From a virus: a DNA stretch of 25,994 nucleotides. Shown piece after piece: positions 8,397 through 16,203 of this stretch. Each line of letters opens with the position of its first letter. The stretch's first letter is position 1. The notes under the pieces are model-generated. The model saw nothing but the letters and a program-made list of their open reading frames with translations. It was not told the origin of the DNA and did not search any database. The position numbers and the translations under genes were made by a program. The stretch lies in the IMG/VR virus record IMGVR_UViG_3300025592_000061, positions 1 to 25,994 of that record; one strand, given 5' to 3'.

Positions 8397-8879
8397 TTAC
8401 TTCTTTTTATGTTCAATCACATTTGGATTGGTGATCGAAATTATACGTGGTTTCTTTTCATCTGGAATTACTCTTTCCAAAGTGATGTTAAGAAGACCAT
8501 TCTGAAACTCTGCACCTCTAACAACAATGTCATCGGCCAGAGTAAACTTACGAGAGAAAGAGCGATTCGCAATTCCTCTATGGACGTAATCTGGTGTATC
8601 CAGATTTTGTTTTCCTTTTTCACCCAATGAGCGAATATGAAGAACATTTTCCGTAAGTTCCACTTCAACATCTTTTTCCGAAAACCCAGCAAGGGCAATT
8701 TCGATGACAAAATTGAAGTCATCTTTTTTTCGGATATTGTAGGGGGGATATGCCCCACCTTCCGGTTGTTGTGGAAAATTTGCAAGACGATTAAACATAG
8801 AATCAAATCCAATGGACAATCCCATGAATTTTTCTAAATCGTTTGCAGTAAATTGTGAATGTGGTGCTAATGATACCAT
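8397..8879 (-). CDS. hsp20: Small heat shock protein (Hsp20, IbpA-like)
   Basis: IGFDSMF, YPPYNI, IEIALAGF, YVHRGIA.RSF.RKFTLA, NGLL.I.LER.IP..KKPR.I motifs. Confidence 0.95.
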   Translation of the reverse strand: MVSLAPHSQFTANDLEKFMGLSIGFDSMFNRLANFPQQPEGGAYPPYNIRKKDDFNFVIEIALAGFSEKDVEVELTENVLHIRSLGEKGKQNLDTPDYVHRGIANRSFSRKFTLADDIVVRGAEFQNGLLNITLERVIPDEKKPRIISITNPNVIEHKKK

Positions 8880-8981
8880 AATTCCTCCTTATAAAGCAAG
8901 GTTGGTGTTGAAGAAATCTCAATCCATAGCACAGGACTTGAGATTGGTTGTGAGACTACCACTATGGTCAGCCTCAGTCTC
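8880..8981 (-). ncRNA. ROSE-like RNA thermometer in the hsp20 leader
   Basis: Three hairpins (8981-8952, 8945-8915, 8901-8884). The last is CCUUGCU-UUAUA-AGGAGG, with the UUGCU motif pairing the SD and a bulged G. Confidence 0.7.
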
Positions 8982-9108
8982 GCCATCCATCACCATTACA
9001 TAGGTGATGAAAGCGATGTCTTAAAACTGTAAAATACAGTTTCAGTAGTGAATCTTCTGCATAACTTCCTGCATCTTTCACTATCAATTTATATTTAGGT
9101 CTTTTCAT
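8974..9108 (-). CDS. 44-aa small ORF (MKRPKYKLIVKDAGSYAEDSLLKLYFTVLRHRFHHLCNGDGWRD), below the ORF-track cutoff
   Basis: Translated by hand from ATG 9108 to TGA 8974. It fills the gap between the 482-aa ORF and the hsp20 leader. No clear SD. Confidence 0.5.
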   Translation of the reverse strand: MKRPKYKLIVKDAGSYAEDSLLKLYFTVLRHRFHHLCNGDGWRD

Positions 9109-9111
9109 TTT

Positions 9112-9119
9112 TATTTATA
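9112..9119 (-). promoter_or_regulatory. Late promoter box TATAAATA overlapping the stop of the upstream gene
   Basis: Plus strand tatttata at 9112-9119. Confidence 0.5.
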
Positions 9120-10479
9120 TATTAACATCATTAATAGAATCAAATTTACTTGTATACTTTCTATCATAATCAAGGACTTTAAATTTTACTTCTATTCTTG
9201 CCCCATACTTTTCTTCAATCGCTTCTGTATAAAAAAGGATAGATTTTTCTAACTCTACTTGTACTTTACTCCATCCTTTCTTTGATGTCCTATCTGGATG
9301 CTCAATCAAGGTTTCAAATGTCATATCTTCTTCAGGCTTTTCGAGTACAAGAAAATCCCAAAGATTTTGTTTTATCAACCTTTCTTGATCGCTTTTAAAA
9401 GATAAAACCTTATAATTATCTGTTGTATTTTGACTTATGTAATCATTCTTCTTTTGAATCAATCTATCTTCTTCACTCCAACCATTTTTTATTCTCCCCT
9501 TTCCTATTGATTTTTCTTCATCATTAATCTGTGTAGCCTTTTTTAATATTGCCCTGACCGTGTGCCCATGAAATTTACCCAAAGCTTTAAAATGAAAAAA
9601 GTTAGCATCAGAATTTATTTCAATTTTATCTTCTTTTAATCTTGATATTGCGAGTTTAACATAATGGTCATGTCCAGTTGGAGTAGAAAGTACTGTTTCT
9701 TCTGGATTTAAACCTCCACTAAGTTCTTCAATTTGAAGTTCTGTAAAAGGTTTCCCTTTCATTGTCCACAATTTTTTATCAATTAACATTAATTTCATTG
9801 AAGCATCACTCAAATTATTTTTATATTTTTTTGTTAATGCTAACGCACCCAATATATGAGAATGACCTATTCTTTTATGTTTCTTTTTACCATTATAATC
9901 TTTAAGAGTTGGAACGGGCAAAACTTTTTTTAGTTCTTCATCACCAAATTCATCAATTTTCTTAGCAATCTTTCTTTTTTGGCCAGGAACAAATCCTCCA
10001 GGCCTTGGTTGATAATAATCTAAAAATGCTATATACTCCGCATTTGAATCTATAATTGTAATACCATCTACATTTTCTCCTTTACCAACTCTATCAATTT
10101 TATTCAATAATTCTAATACAGCATCATCTTTTTTATTCACTTTTGAACCTCCATTTGTTTCATTAAAATATTCTAAATTTTCTTTTGCATTTACCGCAAG
10201 TAAATGTCTATTTTCAGCACGCCAAATGTCATCTTTGCACTTTGTTAAAAACATTATTATTGTTATTGTTACCTTATTATTATAAAAATCTCGTTCATAT
10301 TCTTCTAGATGAGTTACTACACTACCATAATACTCATCACGAATTGCAAGTTCTCCTTCTTTTCCACCACCATACTTATGTCTTAACTTACCACTATGAA
10401 TTTTAACTTCATACACATAACCATAATAATGTTTTGGTTCTTCTATACCATCTTTAAATTTATATTTAACATTATGCAT
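9115..10479 (-). CDS. Large protein with a degenerate N-terminal GIY-YIG-like domain and possibly a ParB-like middle domain; start reassigned to ATG 10479
   Basis: GYVYEVK...KYGGG...EYYGS and AEN..LL...AKEN.EYFNETNGG resemble Seg-like GIY-YIG proteins. The track's TTG start at 10563 would run through the tRNA. Confidence 0.6.
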   Translation of the reverse strand: MHNVKYKFKDGIEEPKHYYGYVYEVKIHSGKLRHKYGGGKEGELAIRDEYYGSVVTHLEEYERDFYNNKVTITIIMFLTKCKDDIWRAENRHLLAVNAKENLEYFNETNGGSKVNKKDDAVLELLNKIDRVGKGENVDGITIIDSNAEYIAFLDYYQPRPGGFVPGQKRKIAKKIDEFGDEELKKVLPVPTLKDYNGKKKHKRIGHSHILGALALTKKYKNNLSDASMKLMLIDKKLWTMKGKPFTELQIEELSGGLNPEETVLSTPTGHDHYVKLAISRLKEDKIEINSDANFFHFKALGKFHGHTVRAILKKATQINDEEKSIGKGRIKNGWSEEDRLIQKKNDYISQNTTDNYKVLSFKSDQERLIKQNLWDFLVLEKPEEDMTFETLIEHPDRTSKKGWSKVQVELEKSILFYTEAIEEKYGARIEVKFKVLDYDRKYTSKFDSINDVNI

Positions 10480-10491
10480 TCTATTCTCTGT

Positions 10492-10561
10492 TGGAGCGAG
10501 CAGTTGGCTTCGCACCAACCTCTTCAGAATGGAATTCCAAAGCGTTCTAATAACTACTCGC
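10492..10561 (-). tRNA. Non-canonical tRNA-Gly(UCC), 70 nt, with encoded CCA
   Basis: GCGAGUA/UGCUCGC acceptor stem, discriminator U, CCA. Anticodon stem UUGGA/UCUGA with loop AU-UCC-AU (anticodon 10533-10531). T-stem GUUGG/CCAAC with loop UGCGAAG. Shortened D-arm. Confidence 0.85.
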
Positions 10562-10568
10562 AATTATA

Positions 10569-11402
10569 TCAATTGTAAAATTTATCAAGGGTTGATGGAA
10601 TTTTCTTATTGTATTTAGCACTCTCAAACGTAAATGGTGGGCATTCTTTTAGAGTTTTTTTATTCTTCATATCTGTAACATCAACCCATTCCAATTGTTT
10701 ACTTTTTGGATAATTTTTATCCCAATTCATTGATGATTCTCTCAACATCATTCTTTTAGCTTTCTTATTCAATGGATAAAGATAACGAAACATTAGACCA
10801 TTGATTCGTTTGATACCCTTGTGTTCCATAAAATCAGTAGTCATCCAGAATACTCTTTCTTTACCAGAAAATTCAGCATTTTCTTTACACAATTCTTTTG
10901 ATGTTCGTGGATGTAATTTTTCTCCGTTCTCCATCAAATATACTGAAGTAAAATATTGCTCTCCGTAATAAAAGTTTGATGCTTGATAAACAAATCCGCA
11001 CTTGCCCATAATACCATCTGCCATTGTATAGAGGAATTGACACGTTGTGTTGTTTTTCAACCACTTAATAGTAGAAGAAACCATCTGACTTCCAGCGCCT
11101 TTAGTATCATTGAGGTCTATTGTCAAACACATCTTTCCGATCTCATAATACCAATCGTTTATATCATGTATAAAATTTTCATCTTTTTTTTCTAAAATCC
11201 CAACATTCGGAAACATCTTATTGAAAGTATGTCTTGGTTTAGTGCCCCATCCCAATGTCAAGGCTCCCTTCAATTCACCATTCAAAAAAAAACCAAGATA
11301 GTGCTTTGTTATGGCGGGCATTACTGGTGAGTAATGATATTTCTGAACAAAATTTGTAGCGAGAGTTTTATCTATTTCTATTACTTCAAATTCAAATTTC
11401 AT
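10569..11402 (-). CDS. mom: Mom-family (GNAT-fold) DNA adenine modification enzyme
   Basis: FVQKYHYS, G.F..GEL.GA.T.G, YEIGKMCL, SQMVSSTIKWL and ADG..G..G.VYQASNFYYG match the Mom-family pattern as I recall it. Confidence 0.8.
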   Translation of the reverse strand: MKFEFEVIEIDKTLATNFVQKYHYSPVMPAITKHYLGFFLNGELKGALTLGWGTKPRHTFNKMFPNVGILEKKDENFIHDINDWYYEIGKMCLTIDLNDTKGAGSQMVSSTIKWLKNNTTCQFLYTMADGIMGKCGFVYQASNFYYGEQYFTSVYLMENGEKLHPRTSKELCKENAEFSGKERVFWMTTDFMEHKGIKRINGLMFRYLYPLNKKAKRMMLRESSMNWDKNYPKSKQLEWVDVTDMKNKKTLKECPPFTFESAKYNKKIPSTLDKFYN

Positions 11403-11829
11403 TTTTTATAAATGATAAAGTTTTATCATCCTCATATCGAATTAATGTTACTTCTGGATAATCCTTAGACATTTTTAATAAATTTTCAAAAATAGTCCAT
11501 CCAGGCCCGCCACAAATTATAAATGCTTTTGTATAAAGTCTAGAGAGAATTTTTTCTTTCAATGTCCACATTTCATATCCAACCTTTTCTTCAGTTGTAC
11601 CACCTGTATTTTGTAATTTCACAGAAACAATTATTTTTGAATTAACTAAAATATCTACTATATGTTTATGATTTCTAAACTTATTACCAATAGTTACTTG
11701 TTCTGATATTTCACATCCATCATATTTTCTTAATATAGTTGCTATATGTTTTTCAAATTCTTTTCCACTATGATACTCATCGGTAACAATATCATTACCG
11801 AATACATCTATTTGACCAGTTTTATACAT
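11392..11829 (-). CDS. PD-(D/E)XK restriction-endonuclease-like nuclease
   Basis: SGKEFE helix, VDILVN, then IVSVKLQNTGGTTEEKV (S-x-K variant plus QxxxGxxxEK). Overlaps the mom start by 11 nt. Confidence 0.7.
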   Translation of the reverse strand: MYKTGQIDVFGNDIVTDEYHSGKEFEKHIATILRKYDGCEISEQVTIGNKFRNHKHIVDILVNSKIIVSVKLQNTGGTTEEKVGYEMWTLKEKILSRLYTKAFIICGGPGWTIFENLLKMSKDYPEVTLIRYEDDKTLSFIKNEI

Positions 11830-11859
11830 ATTTTTTCAATTCTCATTAAGGTATATGTC

Positions 11860-11888
11860 ATTATAACAAATTTTAGTAACATTGTCAA
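11860..11888 (-). promoter_or_regulatory. Sigma70-like promoter for the nuclease-mom-tRNA cassette
   Basis: AAAAC-TTGACA (11888-11883), N17, TATAAT (11865-11860). Confidence 0.78.
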
Positions 11889-11891
11889 GTT

Positions 11892-12137
11892 TTAATTGAG
11901 CTTAAATTTTCTGTCTACTAATCTGACCTCACTTTGGCCTTGATCATAGATATATACTTCTTTGATTGGGCCGTCAATGTTCTTGTCCCAATAATTTAAA
12001 AACTTAGTTATACGTGGAAATTCTGGTATTTGGTCTTCTGTCTGCCACACAAATTCATTCACAATATGTAAATAATCTGGAATGTAATATACTACTTGAA
12101 CTGTAGCAACTGTCCATTTGTGCAAGATATATGCCAA
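11892..12137 (-). CDS. Usg-like protein
   Basis: T.QVVYYIPDY.H....FVWQ..D..PEFP....FL.YW...IDGP matches the Usg family pattern as I recall it. Confidence 0.7.
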   Translation of the reverse strand: MAYILHKWTVATVQVVYYIPDYLHIVNEFVWQTEDQIPEFPRITKFLNYWDKNIDGPIKEVYIYDQGQSEVRLVDRKFKLN

Positions 12138-12139
12138 GA

Positions 12140-12658
12140 TTATTCCTTTCCTGTTGAACCAAATCCTCCATCTCTATCAGTTTTTCTTTCAGGCGGTTCA
12201 CTTATTTCTTCTAAAATACATATTTCATCTTTAAACAATTCACCCTGACAAATACGTTCATTGTGTTTCACGTATTGCGTTGCTCCACTGATATTGGTTA
12301 TCATCACAAAAACCTGTTCGACATAATCCGAATCAATTATGCCCGTGTTGTTCGCTAGAGTCAGACCTTGTTTTAATGCAAGGCCTGATCTTGGATGTAG
12401 TCTCATAGAATGTCCAACAGGAATATCAAAAATAAGTCCAGTGGGTATTAAAATCCGTTCATTAGGATTAACTTGTATTCCTTCATTTTGTACCAATCTA
12501 TTTCTTATTTCCAACTCTTCGGGATGGGTTATGTAAACCGAAACCGCTGAGTTGTCTGGCAAAAAAGAATACAAGTCAAAACATGCGGAACCGCTTGTAG
12601 CTCGTTTGGGGTCTTTTACACTTGAAAATAATTTATAAAATAGTAAATCACTTGTCAT
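12140..12658 (-). CDS. dut: Trimeric dUTPase; probable start MTSDLL at 12658
   Basis: SACFDL, RSGLALK, GIIDSDY, ERICQ and RDGGFGSTG, the five dUTPase motifs. Confidence 0.95.
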   Translation of the reverse strand: MTSDLLFYKLFSSVKDPKRATSGSACFDLYSFLPDNSAVSVYITHPEELEIRNRLVQNEGIQVNPNERILIPTGLIFDIPVGHSMRLHPRSGLALKQGLTLANNTGIIDSDYVEQVFVMITNISGATQYVKHNERICQGELFKDEICILEEISEPPERKTDRDGGFGSTGKE

Positions 12659-13070
12659 TCTCATCGGAATCTCTTTTATTCCCAATATTATATTTTGGAG
12701 TTAATTCCCATTCATCCTTTTCTTTGAAGGACAGGATTTTTAACTGGCTCAATGGTACTGTAGGGTCTGCTGATTTATCTGGTTCAACAAGAGAAATCAA
12801 TTCCCATTCTGCGAGAAGATTGGCAACCGTATTCCGTCTTGCCTCATCGTTTTCTGAAAAATTGGTTGTCTTGCCATCTAATGCAAACAACTCTTTAAAA
12901 TGTAAAATATAATATTTTCCCTGCTTGTGTAGAATATGGCACGACTGAAATATGGTTTTTTCTTTACGTGATGCAATCCCTATTCGTGTAAGGGTTTCTC
13001 TTACCTTCAAGAAATCATCGGGTTCTTTTAGTGTTACTTCAATCATCGCTTGGATTATGTTTTCGTTCAT
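12648..13070 (-). CDS. regA: RegA translational repressor
   Basis: EVTLKEPDDFLKVRETLTRIGIAS and QSCHILHKQGKYYILHFKELFALDG. Confidence 0.96.
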   Translation of the reverse strand: MNENIIQAMIEVTLKEPDDFLKVRETLTRIGIASRKEKTIFQSCHILHKQGKYYILHFKELFALDGKTTNFSENDEARRNTVANLLAEWELISLVEPDKSADPTVPLSQLKILSFKEKDEWELTPKYNIGNKRDSDENDK

Positions 13071-13157
13071 TTTTTCGTAACCTCAATTACAATATTTTTA
13101 ACTGTTTATTGTATTTAGGAGTTTCTAGTTTCTAAACATTCTACAAACAAAGATGCA

Positions 13158-13541
13158 TTATTTCGTTATTCCACCAGTATTCAACTGTAGTTTTATAGAT
13201 TCTATTTCTTCATCGTTGAGTAGTGTGACATAATCTCTCGCTTTCGTATAACTGCACTTATAATATTCTTTGATCGATTCGAGAACTTCATTATTTTCAC
13301 GTTTCAACCATTTGCCCCATCTCTTTTTCTTCCTTATCGAATAAAGAAAAAAGTCGAATTGAAGTTTCGCATCTAGGTGGTTTAGAACGTTCATTTCGTT
13401 TGCATAAAGGACTGTATCGTGATTAAAACTCAATGCACGATTTATAATGAATTGTTTATACTCCCTTTCTAATTCAGGAGTTTCATCTATCAGATTTATC
13501 TTACCATGATTAATCTGTTTTACAAAATCAAATGGGCTCAT
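13158..13541 (-). CDS. 62: Clamp loader small subunit gp62
   Basis: SPFDFVK.IN, Y..FIINRALS...DT..YANEMN, LQFDF.L...RK.KR...W, IKEYY.CS..KA; synteny. Confidence 0.92.
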   Translation of the reverse strand: MSPFDFVKQINHGKINLIDETPELEREYKQFIINRALSFNHDTVLYANEMNVLNHLDAKLQFDFFLYSIRKKKRWGKWLKRENNEVLESIKEYYKCSYTKARDYVTLLNDEEIESIKLQLNTGGITK

Positions 13542-15199
13542 GACATAAACTTCGATAAAGTTGATCTTACATTACTTTTATTTAATTCACTATGAAATTC
13601 TTCATGTTCTTTCATGGAATATTCAGAACCATCAAATCCTTCTAAATATTTTTCCACTTTGTTCTTCATGTTCTCATTTGGAATAAACAAACGAGTATGG
13701 CGAGAAGTTGGATCATCTTTTAATCCAAATTGTAAACACCATCTACGAATTGTTTCCCAAGAATTTCCACCTTGTGCATCCACCATAATCGGATGTGTTT
13801 GATACAAAAAATCCTTCTTATATTCCAATCCATTCAAAATAAAATATAACCATGGCTTACAAAATGAACCTTCTTTATTCATTTTAGTATGTTGCCAACT
13901 ACTCATCATGGCCGTTACTAAATTATCACGAAACGTATAATCATGTTCCGGCACAGAATGAGAAAAATTACTCGGCATATTTTGAATCATTCTTTGAAAT
14001 TCGTCTTTTGTCTTAAAATAAAATGGATAATTATCACCAAGAACTTCTCTCATCATAGGTGTATCATAAACTAAAGTTGGCGTTCCTACTAAAATCGGAT
14101 CTTGTACCGACAAATTCCAAGTTGCATATCCTTTAATCCATGCAACCGATGCATAAGAACCCCGAAGAAAATCAGAATATAATTCCAAAGAACCAAGTCG
14201 TGATTTAGGAATACCTTCATAAGCATACTTAAACCGGCCTGGTTCATACACAGAATCATAACAATTTTCTTCTAATTCCTCCAATTTTCCACCTCCATCA
14301 ACCGGAGAATAACCAGATAATGGTTTCTTGACTTTTTCATCTGTAACCAAAACTTGGTATTCTTCGGGCAATCCCTCCATCATTTTATGGAGTTGTCTTG
14401 CACCAGTTGTTTCATTCCATCTATGATTGAATGCAATGATTTTCTTCCCGACTGGTGGACTCCAATATTCACCATTTGTTTGTGGAAGAGGTTTTGCTTT
14501 AAGTGGCATCTTGGAAATCTTTTTCTCCAATTCCGTTATATCTGGTGTAATAACATGGGGTTTCTTTCCTCCAAAATTTGATATGAGATATTTCAAACTC
14601 ATATCAGAATGAAAAAAGATTTTACTGCACCGATCTATGGCCTCAAATTGTCTAAAAAATGTAGGAGGAAACGCTGGTGCAGGACTTGATGCAGCACAAT
14701 CAACCCAATGGAAAAAACACATGGAATCTGTATTGTTCATTCCATAACGAAGTGACAACAAATTCCAAAGAACATTTGTAAGAATTTCTGGTTGATGACA
14801 AAATACAAAATCAATATCAATCGAAGAAGTCTGTAATGTAATAAATTCACCAGGGCGAAATTCTACTTTTTGTCTACCAGAAAAGATTCTACAAAATGTT
14901 TTACCATCAAAATTAGCACGATTCTGCATTACTGATTGTGGATAAGGAAACGGAATTATCGTTACGTTATCCATCGAATAAAGTTCGTTAGAAGAAGTAA
15001 GTGTGTTCCGTTCTGGAATCATAATATAGTGATGACACATTGGTAAAAAATTCACCGTATCCATCATTACTTTCCAGTTAGAACAACGCTCTACTTCATA
15101 CTTACTTCCTTTCCATCGGACAGGTGAGGCAACATGTAAAATGCGTTTACCAAATATTGGAACTTTACCATATTCGTCAAATAGTGTTGGGTTTTTCAT
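13538..15199 (-). CDS. Putative GT-B-fold glycosyltransferase
   Basis: Two Rossmann-like halves (RILHVASP, DFVFCHQPE, FFHWVD; IAFNHRW, TWNLSVQDPILVGTPTLVY..P...EVLG). ATGA-coupled to gp44 and gp62. Confidence 0.6.
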   Translation of the reverse strand: MKNPTLFDEYGKVPIFGKRILHVASPVRWKGSKYEVERCSNWKVMMDTVNFLPMCHHYIMIPERNTLTSSNELYSMDNVTIIPFPYPQSVMQNRANFDGKTFCRIFSGRQKVEFRPGEFITLQTSSIDIDFVFCHQPEILTNVLWNLLSLRYGMNNTDSMCFFHWVDCAASSPAPAFPPTFFRQFEAIDRCSKIFFHSDMSLKYLISNFGGKKPHVITPDITELEKKISKMPLKAKPLPQTNGEYWSPPVGKKIIAFNHRWNETTGARQLHKMMEGLPEEYQVLVTDEKVKKPLSGYSPVDGGGKLEELEENCYDSVYEPGRFKYAYEGIPKSRLGSLELYSDFLRGSYASVAWIKGYATWNLSVQDPILVGTPTLVYDTPMMREVLGDNYPFYFKTKDEFQRMIQNMPSNFSHSVPEHDYTFRDNLVTAMMSSWQHTKMNKEGSFCKPWLYFILNGLEYKKDFLYQTHPIMVDAQGGNSWETIRRWCLQFGLKDDPTSRHTRLFIPNENMKNKVEKYLEGFDGSEYSMKEHEEFHSELNKSNVRSTLSKFMS

Positions 15200-16140
15200 G
15201 ATACGAACTCACATTCAGCCATCAATTCAACCAAACAAGCAACAAGATTTATTTCTTGATCTGCAACAAAAGCAGATTTGTATTGATAGTCTGCAATAAT
15301 CAATACTGCCGAAGGTATAGAAGATTTTTCTACTACCCCATACAATTTGTCATAAATTTTACGATAAACCGATGTAGGATCATTGTCCACATTCGAGGAA
15401 ATCCATTGGCGCATTTTCTGAAAATTCTTTTCTCGTAAAGCAGAAATCAATTGATCGAGATTCAATTCTCCTATATTCGCAAGGATGCCTGAATCGATAT
15501 CTCCCGAAGTACCATATCGTTGCAATTCATTTATCACTCTTCGAAAATCTGGAAAATGTTTATTGATCAATTCTACGATTACTTTCTTATCGTGAGTTAC
15601 ATTTTCTGTTTTTAACATAGACACACACCGTTCCATGAACTGGGCTGCGATATGTGGTTTTTCTTCTTTGCTCGACACAAAATCCACAACTGCACATCGT
15701 GAATGGATCGGGTCTATAATTCGATTTTTATAATTACAAGTGAAGATAAACGAACAATTTTCTGCAAACTTCTCAATGAAGTTTCTCATGGCTGGTTGTA
15801 CAGAATCGGGATTCATATAATCCGCTTCATCTATAATCACAACCTTCCTACCACCCCCAAAGGAAATTGTAGAACAAAATTGAGTCAACTTGGTTCGCAG
15901 GGTATCGATCATTCGACCCTCATCTGAACCATTAATAATTAGATAATCGCTATTTGTTTGTTCACAAAGTGCTCGTGCCGCAGTTGTCTTACCAACTCCT
16001 GACGGGCCTGTAAACATAAGATTAGGAACCTTTTCATCTTTTACAAGGTCTGATAAAGTTCCCTTAATTGTTTCGGAAAGTATACATTCATCGATGGTTT
16101 TAGGTCTATAATTTTCGACCCACAAAAGTTTGTCAGTCAT
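15196..16140 (-). CDS. 44: Clamp loader large subunit gp44 (AAA+)
   Basis: LWVENYRPKT, GPSGVGKT, INGSD, IIDEAD, IHSRC, FPDFRR and FVADQEIN. Confidence 0.96.
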   Translation of the reverse strand: MTDKLLWVENYRPKTIDECILSETIKGTLSDLVKDEKVPNLMFTGPSGVGKTTAARALCEQTNSDYLIINGSDEGRMIDTLRTKLTQFCSTISFGGGRKVVIIDEADYMNPDSVQPAMRNFIEKFAENCSFIFTCNYKNRIIDPIHSRCAVVDFVSSKEEKPHIAAQFMERCVSMLKTENVTHDKKVIVELINKHFPDFRRVINELQRYGTSGDIDSGILANIGELNLDQLISALREKNFQKMRQWISSNVDNDPTSVYRKIYDKLYGVVEKSSIPSAVLIIADYQYKSAFVADQEINLVACLVELMAECEFVS

Positions 16141-16203
16141 TGTAATTCTCTCATATCAAATATCATCATTTACTATACGTTTGGTGTGGAAAAAAGAAAA
16201 GAT

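Noticed and set aside
10480-10563. N-terminal extension of the 482-aa ORF from TTG 10563
   Set aside because: These codons are the tRNA-Gly sequence; ATG 10479 is the more plausible start.
10563-10572. TGnTATAAT extended -10 between mom and the tRNA
   Set aside because: It lies only 1 nt from tRNA G1, so initiation would fall inside the tRNA. There is no -35 at proper spacing, and the match is plausible by chance in AT-rich DNA.
13112-13119. CTAAATAC as a late promoter upstream of regA
   Set aside because: A variant box only; exact TATAAATA boxes occur elsewhere in the window, so support is insufficient.
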